A model generated the notes under the pieces. That model was not told the DNA's origin. It worked only from the letters and a program-made list of their open reading frames with translations, and searched no databases. From Nitrosopumilus sp. (lineage in GTDB: Archaea > Thermoproteota > Nitrososphaeria > Nitrososphaerales > Nitrosopumilaceae), in assembly GCA_965214775.1 (NCBI GenBank), contig OZ243974.1:768001-832000 (forward strand): a DNA stretch of 64,000 nt, read 5' to 3'. Positions 1 to 9,913 of this stretch are shown here, piece after piece. A program made the translations under genes and the position numbers. Position 1 is the stretch's first letter. Each line of letters starts with the position of its first letter.

Positions 1-1
1 T

Positions 2-601
2 TTGGTAAAAATCAGCAAGGTTTGTCAGCCAATCGTGATTGCCGGCGGAGGAAGCATTGCACGGCACTATATTTCACATGCCCGCTCGTCAGGCGCAGAC
101 GAATCCACTTTGGACGAACTGGGAATTGAGATCTCCAGGCTTAATGCAAAATTGCTAATCTATGCTCTAAAAAACAAGGCATATGCACATCCTCCAACCA
201 CTCTGCAAGAAGCCAGACATGCAGTTGATGACGGATTGATTGTGGTGGCAGGCGGATTGCATCCGGGACAGAGTACCAACGGCACTGCTGCCCTGATTGC
301 TGAAAAAGTAAAAGCCGAGCAGTTTCTTAACGCGACTGACGTTGATGGTGTTTATGACATGGATCCCAGAAAATTCAAGAGTGCCAAAAAATTCAAACGG
401 ATTGATCTGAAAAATCTCAGGAATATGCTAGTCCAGAAGGACTCAGTTGCAGGCAGTTATGATCTAATGGATATTGTCGCCCTAAAAATTATTGAACGCT
501 CAAAAATCAAGACTAGAATTCTAAAGGCAAGTCCAGGCATTATTGAAAAAGCAATCAAGGGAGGCGGCGTAGGAACAGAAATCATCCTGCCTTCAAAATA
601 A
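2..601 (+). CDS. pyrH: UMP kinase (5'-truncated by window edge)
   Basis: [22 protein letters not shown] and [10 protein letters not shown] motifs of archaeal uridylate kinase. Confidence 0.93.
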   Translation: MVKISKVCQPIVIAGGGSIARHYISHARSSGADESTLDELGIEISRLNAKLLIYALKNKAYAHPPTTLQEARHAVDDGLIVVAGGLHPGQSTNGTAALIAEKVKAEQFLNATDVDGVYDMDPRKFKSAKKFKRIDLKNLRNMLVQKDSVAGSYDLMDIVALKIIERSKIKTRILKASPGIIEKAIKGGGVGTEIILPSK

Positions 602-607
602 TAGCAT

Positions 608-961
608 TCATGAACCCTCGTTTTGAATTGCAGGCCTTGATTCAGACCAAATCTGGATTTCCTTTCCAGGATATTCATCCATGCCCGAATCCCGCAATTT
701 TTTGAAGATTGACAGCGCCTCTTCTTTTTCTACGGCCTTTGATTGCGCTTTGGTGAAACCGTCATTATCTACTATGATTGCAACATATCCATCAGGAGAG
801 TTTATCACTGCTGCCAGCTCTTCTTCTCCAACCGGCTGAAAGCCTCCATCAATCTTTTTTGTAGTCAGGGTCAGCATTGCAAATCCTGCCAGATCAAACA
901 TTTTCATTTGTGATTTTGCAGCGCGCTGTTTTCCTTTCTGAACAGCTTGAAAATATTGCAT
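608..961 (-). CDS. Conserved hypothetical protein (117 aa, MQYFQAVQKG...)
   Basis: ATG at 961 avoids overlap with the divergent gene at 1032; normal coding composition. Confidence 0.7.
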   Translation of the reverse strand: MQYFQAVQKGKQRAAKSQMKMFDLAGFAMLTLTTKKIDGGFQPVGEEELAAVINSPDGYVAIIVDNDGFTKAQSKAVEKEEALSIFKKLRDSGMDEYPGKEIQIWSESRPAIQNEGS

Positions 962-1031
962 GTTTTTTTGAATCTGACACGGTATAATAACCATCTCAAC
1001 ATTTAAGACATCTAGGGACGGGGCTAGAGTA

Positions 1032-1595
1032 TTGAATCCCAGGATTTTTGTCGGAGCCGCAGTTGCAGCACTAGCGGTAATTCTTGGGGGAATTCTGGTG
1101 GCCGGACCGTCGATAACCATCATCGAAGATCAGGCCGGATCTGCGGACGTTCAGAGCGCCATTCCCCAAGTGGCAGATCCCCTTCAGATAGAATTAGACG
1201 ATATTTCCGTGACAAAAATCTCAGAACGGACAGCTACCATAGAAATAGCGTTTAAAATTTCAAATCCAAACCAGCGTTCCATGATAGTCCAAGTAATGGA
1301 TTACCAGTTGTTTGAGACCGGCTATTCGGAGACCGAGCAGATTTCTGGCGGACAGATCGGAAATCGCCCTGAAGGAATGGTTGAATTTGGATCAAATTAC
1401 TATACCCTGCTTGGCGAAAATTCAATTATCCTGAGAGACAAAATCTCTCTGAAAAACTCCGGGAACACTCCTGAGCTGTGGTCTGCCTTGGAAAGCAATA
1501 CTGCCTTGTGGAAAGTTTCCGGGAACGTCTTTTACAACTTGAGTTCTATGACAAGCGGGCAAGAAAACGAATTACACTTTGAATTCACAAGATAG
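1032..1595 (+). CDS. Membrane-anchored LEA_2/WHy-like beta-sandwich protein
   Basis: N-terminal TM helix, then IEIAFKISNPN and MDYQLF pattern typical of LEA_2. Confidence 0.6.
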   Translation: MNPRIFVGAAVAALAVILGGILVAGPSITIIEDQAGSADVQSAIPQVADPLQIELDDISVTKISERTATIEIAFKISNPNQRSMIVQVMDYQLFETGYSETEQISGGQIGNRPEGMVEFGSNYYTLLGENSIILRDKISLKNSGNTPELWSALESNTALWKVSGNVFYNLSSMTSGQENELHFEFTR

Positions 1596-1660
1596 ACAGA
1601 TTGTATCATAAAATTTGAATATTGTGATATTTTGTTTTTAGGGAAGAATTATTGGCAAAG

Positions 1661-1668
1661 TTATAAAA
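1661..1668 (+). promoter_or_regulatory. TATA box (TTATAAAA, purine-rich BRE upstream) for small ORF at 1693
   Basis: ggcaaag-TTATAAAA 24 nt before ATG, leaderless spacing. Confidence 0.6.
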
Positions 1669-1692
1669 GCACGTTTCGTGGGATTTTATCAA

Positions 1693-1803
1693 ATGGCAGA
1701 AGCAAGCATGGCCGCATATGGCGCAGCAGCTGGAGTTGCAATTGCATTGGCAGTAGTAACCTTTGCATTACGTGGTAAGGGACATCCGGAACCACTAGAC
1801 TAA
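1693..1803 (+). CDS. 36-aa single-pass membrane protein MAEASMAAYGAAAGVAIALAVVTFALRGKGHPEPLD (not in ORF track)
   Basis: ATG 1693, TAA 1801-1803, own TATA box, hydrophobic helix then RGKGHP tail, T-rich stretch downstream. Confidence 0.75.
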   Translation: MAEASMAAYGAAAGVAIALAVVTFALRGKGHPEPLD

Positions 1804-1848
1804 AAAGGAATTTTCCTTTACAATAATATTTTTCATTTTGCTAAGCGG

Positions 1849-2496
1849 CTAGTCTTTCTTGCCCAAACCCAGCATTTCTGCCAGGGAGACCTGTTTGGTG
1901 TTTGTCTTTTTTGTGTAGCATCTCTCATAGTATTGGCACTCTGAGCACTCTGAAGACGGTTCAATGATCGGGGCCTTCTGCTCTTTTAGAAGATTGTTCA
2001 ATACCCTGACTCTTCGGATAATCTCCTCAAACATCTTTTTGTTTCTGACAAGTGAGAATGTTGTCTCTTTTCTGTCTCCGGTAATGTAGATAATCATGCC
2101 ATCTGACTTGTCATAAATCCAGAGGCACGCATTAAGATATAAGATGTCGTTTGCCATTGGGTTCTCCAGCTCGTCATTTGCTGATCTAAACAAGAGGATT
2201 GAATCATCAACGATCATGTCTGCCTGGGCTTTCACTTGGATGTCTTCAAGGGCAAATTCTTTTGGCTCGCTGCCATACTGCAGCTTTCTTAGCAGTCCTG
2301 AAAGCAGTTCATTAAACCCCCTTCTCTCTATTTTTTTTGGATCAATTCTGTCATAATAGGAACGCCTTAGACATCGAACAACTTCCTGCAGGTGGATTTT
2401 TTGAATGTTCTCCGAGTCAATTTCTATGTCAAGTTCTTTGCCAATTGAATCAAGCGAACTCTGAATAACTGCTCGAAAATCCCTGTCTCCCATCAT
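1849..2496 (-). CDS. cas4: Solo Cas4-like Fe-S protein (nuclease motifs degenerate)
   Basis: N-terminal RCLRRSYY Cys and C-terminal CSECQYYERC give the 1+3 Cys Fe-S pattern; no cas1/cas2 or array nearby. Confidence 0.75.
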   Translation of the reverse strand: MMGDRDFRAVIQSSLDSIGKELDIEIDSENIQKIHLQEVVRCLRRSYYDRIDPKKIERRGFNELLSGLLRKLQYGSEPKEFALEDIQVKAQADMIVDDSILLFRSANDELENPMANDILYLNACLWIYDKSDGMIIYITGDRKETTFSLVRNKKMFEEIIRRVRVLNNLLKEQKAPIIEPSSECSECQYYERCYTKKTNTKQVSLAEMLGLGKKD

Positions 2497-2543
2497 GATA
2501 TTTTACCTTCCTTCTTGGTCTACTCCTCCCCCTCCTCTTATGT

Positions 2544-2780
2544 TTAACTCATTATTTGGGTCAAAAATTTCGAAATTTTGCCTGCAAAGGCCAATGTGAA
2601 AAAATGCACCCCAAATCCAAGAACTGCCCCTGCAACCAGATTTCCCGTCCCAAGATAGATGCCCAGGAAGATTCCAAGCGGAGGCAGGGAGAAGATCATG
2701 GCCATAAAGGCGCTAACCCAAATTGTATTGACTAGAACTTCAGTCGGAATGCCGTTCTTTTTCCTGGGAAATCTTATCAT
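2544..2780 (-). CDS. Small membrane protein (2 TM) downstream of atpC
   Basis: 78-aa hydrophobic ORF 7 nt after atpC stop. Confidence 0.7.
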   Translation of the reverse strand: MIRFPRKKNGIPTEVLVNTIWVSAFMAMIFSLPPLGIFLGIYLGTGNLVAGAVLGFGVHFFTLAFAGKISKFLTQIMS

Positions 2781-2787
2781 TTTGAGA

Positions 2788-3819
2788 TTATTCTTCCAAA
2801 ATTATTTTTGACATCGTAGTTTCAGTCGGAATCTTTTGTTCAACTGCATAGGCAATTGCCGCCATGTTTCTGACTTCAAACGCCGTTAGTTTTGTGATGC
2901 CGATGATTGTTGCAAAGCTGAACATCCTTGTAAACGCTCTTGCTGAAGAATGATACAATGACATTTCAAACGCCCTCTCAAACTCGGCGACTGCGTCTAA
3001 TTCATTTTCCACCTCCGGAATCAGAGATTTGTATTTCGTGTTAGACAGTTCAGCAAAAGCATCTCTGACTGATGCGGCTGACATCATTCTTCCAAGAAGC
3101 TCCCTTGGCACAGATGGCGTTTGCGTAACAATCAAGTCCTCAATCTGCGAATCGTCCAGTCCCCAAAACTTGCCTCTGATTACGCTTAGAAGGTTGTAAA
3201 AGTCTACATCGGCCCCGACTAGTTTCATTACATCCCTGTCCCTGGTATTTTTCAGGGCACGGCCTAGCTGCTGGTATAGTATTTTGTCAAAATATATGTC
3301 AAAAACTTGAATGTTCTTCTTTTCGCCGTATAACGCAGCTGCTTTGGAAATCTCTTCTCCAAATTGTACAGAGTTTAGGCTTGCAACAGTCTCTTCAAGA
3401 TCTTTTGAGACCAGGGCCTTGATGATAACGTCTCGTTGTTTAACCAGTTCCTCGGCGCGTAAATTGATATGGGTTTCAATCTCTTTCTGGGATTTTCCAA
3501 GTACCTTGCCCTTGAGAATTTGCTTAAGATTTGAGATGATAAACTTCATGTAATATGCATCCAGTATGTCAGAGTCCCCCGCAGTCTTTGCAATTGAATA
3601 GTGAACGCCTGCCAAGTGGCCTCTAAGTGCAGATTCTATGCCTTGGGAGGTGTATGGTTTTTGGACATCTGCAACAGCGTGGCCATAGACGGTATTTTTG
3701 ATTCTAGTCATCAATTCCTCAAGATCCCTTGATTCTGCCAAAGTCTGAAAATCAGCCTTTTTTAGCAGTTTTCCTCTCTGACTGTACGACTTTACAGATG
3801 CATAGACGTTTTTGCCCAT
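2788..3819 (-). CDS. atpC: A/V-type ATP synthase subunit C
   Basis: 343 aa; YASVKSYSQRGKLL, DFYNLLSVIRGK and EVRNM patterns of the vATP-synt_AC39 family. Confidence 0.88.
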   Translation of the reverse strand: MGKNVYASVKSYSQRGKLLKKADFQTLAESRDLEELMTRIKNTVYGHAVADVQKPYTSQGIESALRGHLAGVHYSIAKTAGDSDILDAYYMKFIISNLKQILKGKVLGKSQKEIETHINLRAEELVKQRDVIIKALVSKDLEETVASLNSVQFGEEISKAAALYGEKKNIQVFDIYFDKILYQQLGRALKNTRDRDVMKLVGADVDFYNLLSVIRGKFWGLDDSQIEDLIVTQTPSVPRELLGRMMSAASVRDAFAELSNTKYKSLIPEVENELDAVAEFERAFEMSLYHSSARAFTRMFSFATIIGITKLTAFEVRNMAAIAYAVEQKIPTETTMSKIILEE

Positions 3820-3867
3820 TTAAAAAATCTCCAATGAGCAACGGATTTTAATGTTTGGCGACAGCCG

Positions 3868-4545
3868 CTATCTCTCAGAAGTTATCTCATTTAGGAATCT
3901 CAGGGCATCATCTTTGTCCTGTTTTGATAGTTTTGTAAACGCTTCTAGGATCTCTTTTTGAATGATTAGTGACTCGTCAGAAATTTCTTTTAATTTTGAC
4001 AGGTCAAACGGGAGTAGTTCCTCGAATTTGTTGTCACAAAACGCCTTTACGTATTTTTGAAAGATCAAATGTGTGAAATTTGGGCTGGTCTTCATCAGAT
4101 TTGACAGGATTTTCTCGAATTCTTTTTCTGATGATTCGGACTGTGAGAAAAACATCTTCAACAACTCTTCTTTGTTTTTTACGTCCCTGATTGACAAAGC
4201 GATCAGAATTCCCTTCTTTGTTAAATGATAAAATGGGATTCCCTTTTCTTGAAGTGCCTTTGGTCCTCGTTTCAATGGCAGCCTTCCATCCTCCTCTGCT
4301 ATCTCCATGGGAAGAAGAATTTCGTCTAGATCTCTGAAAATTCCCGAGTAGATATTCTTCCAAGTTATTCCGTGTTTTTTGGCAATCTTTTGGGAGATCC
4401 CCGTTCTGGTTCTTTCGGCGGGGTTGGCACTATTTGCAAGGATCGTAATAATTGCCCTTTGCCTGTTGGCTTCTCCTGTAAGGTACCCGTATTTTGTCTT
4501 GAAGGTATCAAAAACTGCCAGTCTCGAACTGGATTTGACTTTCAT
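3868..4545 (-). CDS. Putative winged-helix transcriptional regulator divergent from amt
   Basis: TRTGISQKIAKK helix and FYHLTKKG wing motif; head-to-head with amt. Confidence 0.55.
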   Translation of the reverse strand: MKVKSSSRLAVFDTFKTKYGYLTGEANRQRAIITILANSANPAERTRTGISQKIAKKHGITWKNIYSGIFRDLDEILLPMEIAEEDGRLPLKRGPKALQEKGIPFYHLTKKGILIALSIRDVKNKEELLKMFFSQSESSEKEFEKILSNLMKTSPNFTHLIFQKYVKAFCDNKFEELLPFDLSKLKEISDESLIIQKEILEAFTKLSKQDKDDALRFLNEITSER

Positions 4546-4592
4546 GCGATCACCATATCATAATTTCTCATTTCTATGTTACTATCAGATTA

Positions 4593-4663
4593 TACTAAAA
4601 TATAACAATTTACATTTTTAGTAGTTTTTCAGCCTCGAAACCTTAAATAATTTTCAATTTCGA
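4593..4663. promoter_or_regulatory. amt promoter (TTAAATAA 4643-4650) with two inverted repeats
   Basis: TACTAAAA 4593-4600 / TTTTAGTA 4616-4623; TCGAAA 4635-4640 / TTTCGA 4658-4663 flanking the TATA box. Confidence 0.5.
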
Positions 4664-4671
4664 TAAATTTA

Positions 4672-6237
4672 ATGAATTCTAGGAACCACAAGTATGCTCT
4701 ATTACTTGTGGCCGCAGTAGCCATTACAGCAACTGGTGCTATGTCTCAGGCATATGCACAACAAGTTACTGACGGAATGGACGGATACAATGAACACGGA
4801 ATTTACACGGGCAACCCCAACGAATGTTGGGTTGGTAACGATGCAGATGGGTTCTTACCATGTTACATCGATACTGGCGATACTGCCTGGATGTTAACTG
4901 CAACTTCATTGGTACTTTTCATGAGCCCTGGTGTAGGATTCTTCTACGGCGGACTGGCACGTTCAAAGAACGTCACAAACGTTCTCGGAATGACCCTGAT
5001 TGTTATGGGTTTGATGGCAGTTCAGTGGGTGCTATGGGGATACTCTCTAGCATTTGCTCCAAACGCTGACGAAGGAGCTAACATGTTCATGGGAAGCCTT
5101 GATTATGCAGGATTTAACATGGTCTCCAATTATGCACCTCTTGGTGCTCCAACAGCTTGTGACGGCGACATTTGGTCAAATGCGTATCAAATGCAGCAGT
5201 TCAAGGCCGAGGAAGCATGTGGTGATAGTTGGCCCAGTACAGTTCCACACTCTATGTTCGCAGCATTCCAAGGTACTTTTGCAATCATTACCCCGATTCT
5301 AATTATTGGCGGTCTGATTGACAGAATCAAGTTCAGTGCACTGGTAATCTTTGTTCTCCTATGGGGTACATTCGTTTATGACCCCGTTGCCCACTGGGTA
5401 TGGGGAGGCGGATTCATCGGTGGCGGTGGAATCGATCTCGATCCAGAAATCGAAGAAGCCTCGTTTGCACTAGACTTTGCTGGCGGTACTGTAGTACACA
5501 TTACTTCAGGATTCTCTGCATTGGCAGCAGCCATGATTCTTGGCAGAAGACTCGGATATGGCAAAGTTCCAATGGAGCCACACAACGTTCCAATGGTTGT
5601 TCTCGGAGCAGCTATTCTATGGTTTGGTTGGTTTGGTTTCAACGCAGGAAGTGAGGTAATGGTTGACGGTATTACTGTCAGCGCCTGGGTTGTTACAAAT
5701 ACAGCTACAGGCATGGCCGTAATTACTTGGGTACTAATGTCCTGGGCACATACTGGCAAACCAAGCATTGTTGGTGCTGCAACAGGTGCAGTAGCCGGAT
5801 TGGTCGCAATCACACCAGCTTCTGGTTGGGTTGGTCCAATGGCAGCTATTATCATCGGCATTGCGGCAGGAACAGTCTGCTATGGTTCAGTAGCATTCAA
5901 GAATGCAAGAAAGTGGGATGACGCACTCGATGTATGGGGAGTACACGGAATGGGCGGTTTCACCGGTGCAGTTTTGACTGGTACTTTAGCAAGTCCTCAC
6001 ATCTGGGATACAGGTGATGGCTGGGGAGCATGGACTGGCACACCACAAGGATACGAACAACAAGCAATCAGTATCATTGGGGCAGTAATCTCAATTGCAT
6101 ATGCTTTCAGCATTACAATTGTAATCCTCAAAGTGATGGACGCAGTATGGCCTGGCGGAATCAGAGTCACTCCAAAAGAAGAGGAGATTGGTCTTGATTT
6201 GGCCCAACACGGCGAAAGAGCATACGTAAACGAATAG
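4672..6237 (+). CDS. amt: Ammonium transporter (Amt family)
   Basis: DTGDTAWML, DFAGGTVVH, WFGWFGFNAGS, DDALDVWGVHG and EEEIGLDLAQHGE motifs; signal peptide plus Cys-containing external loops. Confidence 0.97.
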   Translation: MNSRNHKYALLLVAAVAITATGAMSQAYAQQVTDGMDGYNEHGIYTGNPNECWVGNDADGFLPCYIDTGDTAWMLTATSLVLFMSPGVGFFYGGLARSKNVTNVLGMTLIVMGLMAVQWVLWGYSLAFAPNADEGANMFMGSLDYAGFNMVSNYAPLGAPTACDGDIWSNAYQMQQFKAEEACGDSWPSTVPHSMFAAFQGTFAIITPILIIGGLIDRIKFSALVIFVLLWGTFVYDPVAHWVWGGGFIGGGGIDLDPEIEEASFALDFAGGTVVHITSGFSALAAAMILGRRLGYGKVPMEPHNVPMVVLGAAILWFGWFGFNAGSEVMVDGITVSAWVVTNTATGMAVITWVLMSWAHTGKPSIVGAATGAVAGLVAITPASGWVGPMAAIIIGIAAGTVCYGSVAFKNARKWDDALDVWGVHGMGGFTGAVLTGTLASPHIWDTGDGWGAWTGTPQGYEQQAISIIGAVISIAYAFSITIVILKVMDAVWPGGIRVTPKEEEIGLDLAQHGERAYVNE

Positions 6238-6264
6238 GAAATTCCTTTTCTTTTTCCTCTTTTT
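6237..6264 (+). terminator. T-rich archaeal terminator after amt
   Basis: ggaaattcc followed by ttttctttttcctctttt. Confidence 0.5.
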
Positions 6265-6310
6265 ATTATCCAATGCAAATCAATTTAGAGTTGATCGTTT
6301 CATCCAAATC

Positions 6311-7087
6311 ATGCTAGTCTCTGCAGATGAACTAAATTCGATTCTAGGTGATCCGAATCTGATCGTTGCAGATACCCGCTCATTCAAGGAGTATTCTGAG
6401 GGGCATATTCCAGGAGCTGTCCACCTTGATCTCTTTGCATTTCATTGGATTGATACATCCAGAGAGGGAATTGAGGGTTTCAACAGGCAAACGCAAAACC
6501 TTCTTTCAATTTTAGGAGTCACCTTGGAAAAAAAGGTAGTCTTTTATGACTCGGTTTCCGGAATGCTGGCTGCCAGAGGAGTTTGGATGTTGATGTATTT
6601 TTCACACCAAGATGTCGCAATGCTGGATGGCGGGATTTCAAGATGGCAAAGTGAAAATCTGCCAACCGAGAGAAAACCAAATCGATTCAAACCGTCAGAT
6701 TTTACCGGAACTGCAAATCCAGAAATCATAGCGGGATTTGAGCACATTCGAGACAACCTGGATTCACTAAAAATCCTGGATGCTCGTTCTCCAGGCGAAT
6801 ATGACGGCAGCACGGCAAGGGCCGCCCGGCCGGGCCACATCCCGAATTCTTTTAACATCGATTGGAGCCAAAACCTCAAAGAGGATGGGACCTTCAAAAG
6901 TGACGAGGAATTGTCAAAAATGTATGTCTTTTCCAAGGATGCGCCGGTTGTCACTTATTGTCAAGGGGCATACAGGGCGGCAAACTCTTTTTTGATTCTC
7001 AAAAAACTCGGCTTTGAAAATGTCAAGGTCTATCTGGGTTCTTGGGGCGAATGGGGAAACAGATTAGATCTTCCTGTTGAAAACTGA
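6311..7087 (+). CDS. Tandem-domain rhodanese / sulfurtransferase
   Basis: GHIPGAV, DARSPGEY, YCQGAYRAA active-site loop, YLGSWGEW. Confidence 0.92.
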   Translation: MLVSADELNSILGDPNLIVADTRSFKEYSEGHIPGAVHLDLFAFHWIDTSREGIEGFNRQTQNLLSILGVTLEKKVVFYDSVSGMLAARGVWMLMYFSHQDVAMLDGGISRWQSENLPTERKPNRFKPSDFTGTANPEIIAGFEHIRDNLDSLKILDARSPGEYDGSTARAARPGHIPNSFNIDWSQNLKEDGTFKSDEELSKMYVFSKDAPVVTYCQGAYRAANSFLILKKLGFENVKVYLGSWGEWGNRLDLPVEN

Positions 7088-7101
7088 CTGGCTCTAAGAC
7101 A

Positions 7102-9201
7102 TTACTTTCTCTTCCAGACGAATTGGTTGTAGATCATTTCTGGCCTGATTTGTCTGAATGTTTGGGCACCGCCATCGTACCACTTTGTAAAGTATTCATA
7201 CAAATGCAATCTGAGAGACTGGATATAGACAATCAGTCCCTCAATCATCATAATTCCCAAGTTGCCACCGATAATCATGGCCCATGCTCCGCCTGATTCT
7301 ACACCGCCAAGCGAGTTGAATGCGTTATTGACTGTAAGCAAAAGCGCTGCGTGGACCAGCAACATGATTCCCAACCGGGCATAACTGATTGTATGGGCCA
7401 AACTTTCAACCGTTTTGCCCAAGAATACCTCCATTACGACATTTGCCGCAGAGCCCCCGTCCTCCGGATGCCTCTTTGCATGCAGAATTCCTCCCACCAT
7501 CATCAAAGCCATCGACGCAATTACAACTACGACTGCAATCCTCGTTACAATCCAAACTTGGGCCCATTCGCCTAGGAAGATTGTTACCCAGGGAACGGCT
7601 TCTGTATGCACTTTGGAGTACATGTTCATTACGTCGTACTGTGAACCAATGGCACACATCATAATTACAACAATCCCTCCGTAAAGTGTGATGTTTGGAA
7701 TTGCTTCCATGTACATTGCCAGCTTGTGGCCTTCACGTGCTAATCTCTGAATTCTGAGAATCATGGCCCATACTAGGTGAATGATTCCAATGAACAATGA
7801 AACCTTTAGGATGTTGATTACCTGCTCAAACGTTAGTTCTGCAACGCTAAGAATTCCCACGATCCAGCTAACAGAATGCAGCGCCCCCCCTTCTTCAAGC
7901 AGCCCTTGAATTGGCCACATGTGATCCAGGTGGTAGCCAAACGCTTCCCCTGCACCAACTCCTGCTATGGCAGATGCGGCACCTGAAATTGCAATGAGCA
8001 TTCCCCATCTTGAGAGGTTGCCCTGTCCTTTGACTTTGAACAAAAGCCCCATCCCCATCAAGAGCAGCCCGTGGCCCATGTCTGCAAACATCAGTCCGTA
8101 GAAAATTGGCCACATGAGGGCAATCATGGGAGTCGGGTCAGATTCGCCCTTTCTAGGAACTCCCTGGCTTTTTGTAATTACTTCAAAAGTTCTAACGAAC
8201 CTTTTGTTATCAAATAATGTGGGTGCCTGAGCCTGTAATTTCGGATCTGCAATCTCTTCTGTTACTGACATCCACTGCTTGGTCGAACTCTTGAACTTCT
8301 CCTCCATTTTGCTTGGGATGAATCCTTGGATGACTGCAAAGTGCCTAGTGCCCCCAGGCTTTCTCAGGGTCTCAAGAACGTCTTTTGCAACTTGGGCTTC
8401 TTCATATAGTGCCAGAATGTCCCTTCTTGCGCTTTTTGCAACTTTGGCAATTTCTTTTGCGTTTGCCTTTTGTTTTTCTGCAAGTTCTTTTATTTTCGAG
8501 TCTGCCAGAGCATGTGCCTCGGATGGAACCTGGGGGAATCCCTCAGGAATGGAAAACGGATTTGCGTTGAGGCCCCTTAGAACCTTTAGTGTTTTTTCCG
8601 AATCGCCGGTACCTGCAATGACCAGAATTGCCGCCTTTTCTTTGCTAGCAAGATCATATTTGTAAAACGTAACCCCTTCAAGCGCTCGGCTTATTTCTTC
8701 ATAGTCTGAAGAGTTGATGACAAACAGGTTTGTGTAAAAATATCTCATTAATCCGAATCCGGAAAGATCAATGTCTAGTTTCTTGGCAACCTCAAGGGTT
8801 TCTTTAAGTGATGTGTATTCATCCAGAGAGCGTTTTGTATCTGCCCTCTCTTCAAGTAATTTAGCTGGCCCATCAATGATGCCCGGAGTTCTCCTTTGGA
8901 GATCGCCTACCATATCTGCAATTTCGTCGATTTCATAGTCTTTTTTCTTGATTACGGTTCCTTTGAAAAGAATCTCCAAAATTCCAACAACCGGAGGAAC
9001 GCCTAGCCCTTTGACCACATCATCTATGGATTGGTAAGTTTTTTGTGCCTCTAGTAGCAAATCATCGATTTCCGGGGTGACAATGTCATTTTCGGTGTCA
9101 ATCTTGTGAAACCATTCAAATTCAGCAAGTCTAGAAACTGCTTGTGGAGATTCGCTCCTCGGTAAAATTACACTTCCAAGCTTCAGATCGGCCAATCCCA
9201 A
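7102..9201 (-). CDS. atpI: A/V-type ATP synthase subunit I (a)
   Basis: DPTP, GLMFADMGHG, ISYARL and LRLHLYEYFTKWYDGG motifs. Confidence 0.95.
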   Translation of the reverse strand: MGLADLKLGSVILPRSESPQAVSRLAEFEWFHKIDTENDIVTPEIDDLLLEAQKTYQSIDDVVKGLGVPPVVGILEILFKGTVIKKKDYEIDEIADMVGDLQRRTPGIIDGPAKLLEERADTKRSLDEYTSLKETLEVAKKLDIDLSGFGLMRYFYTNLFVINSSDYEEISRALEGVTFYKYDLASKEKAAILVIAGTGDSEKTLKVLRGLNANPFSIPEGFPQVPSEAHALADSKIKELAEKQKANAKEIAKVAKSARRDILALYEEAQVAKDVLETLRKPGGTRHFAVIQGFIPSKMEEKFKSSTKQWMSVTEEIADPKLQAQAPTLFDNKRFVRTFEVITKSQGVPRKGESDPTPMIALMWPIFYGLMFADMGHGLLLMGMGLLFKVKGQGNLSRWGMLIAISGAASAIAGVGAGEAFGYHLDHMWPIQGLLEEGGALHSVSWIVGILSVAELTFEQVINILKVSLFIGIIHLVWAMILRIQRLAREGHKLAMYMEAIPNITLYGGIVVIMMCAIGSQYDVMNMYSKVHTEAVPWVTIFLGEWAQVWIVTRIAVVVVIASMALMMVGGILHAKRHPEDGGSAANVVMEVFLGKTVESLAHTISYARLGIMLLVHAALLLTVNNAFNSLGGVESGGAWAMIIGGNLGIMMIEGLIVYIQSLRLHLYEYFTKWYDGGAQTFRQIRPEMIYNQFVWKRK

Positions 9202-9297
9202 GATAATCCTTCGGAGAATTCTCAGTTTTTAATATCTTTCTGAATCATTCCAGACAGATCATCGCAGACAGACAGTTCCCAAACATTAAAATCCATT

Positions 9298-9912
9298 ATG
9301 GATAAACGGCACCCATTGGCAAATTCTGCTCTAGAACAGACTATCGACAAGATTCTCAACCAAACAGAAAAAGAGATCTCGTCAAATATCGAGTCTGCCT
9401 TGGCCGATTCCTGCCAGACACTCGACGATGCTGCTCCCAAACTAGAGCAAGAATATGACAAAATCCTGGCTGACGGCAAAAAGGAGGCCGACAAAATTGA
9501 AAAACAAATTGTGGGAAGTTCTGACATTCAGGCCCGAAATAAGCACCTGATGGCCTTGGAGGAGGCAGTTGACAAGGTCTTTGCTCGGGCATTAGATCAG
9601 ATCGCAGATGCTGATCGCAGTGGCGATTATTCCAATCTAATCAGGTCTTTGCTTGACGAGGCAACCAAAATCTTGGGAACGACCGAAGTTGCTGTCTTTA
9701 CAAATGCAAAAGACAGGGATGCTGTCCAATCTGCATTGCCAAACTATCCCGGTTCAGAACTGTCGTCTGAAGCAATTGATTGCCTTGGCGGCGTAAGGAT
9801 CCAGTCCAAAGATGGAACTATGACTTTTGACAATACGATCGATGCAAGAATTGAGCGTCTGAAGCCTTTAATAAGGAAAGAAATTGCAGCAAAATTTGGA
9901 GTAAGTAACTAG
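9298..9912 (+). CDS. atpE: A/V-type ATP synthase subunit E
   Basis: Coiled-coil N-half and [19 protein letters not shown]; directly before atpA. Confidence 0.88.
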   Translation: MDKRHPLANSALEQTIDKILNQTEKEISSNIESALADSCQTLDDAAPKLEQEYDKILADGKKEADKIEKQIVGSSDIQARNKHLMALEEAVDKVFARALDQIADADRSGDYSNLIRSLLDEATKILGTTEVAVFTNAKDRDAVQSALPNYPGSELSSEAIDCLGGVRIQSKDGTMTFDNTIDARIERLKPLIRKEIAAKFGVSN

Positions 9913-9913
9913 A

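Noticed and set aside
1849-2496. CRISPR-Cas locus suggested by the Cas4-like gene
   Set aside because: No cas1/cas2/effector genes and no repeat-spacer array anywhere in the window
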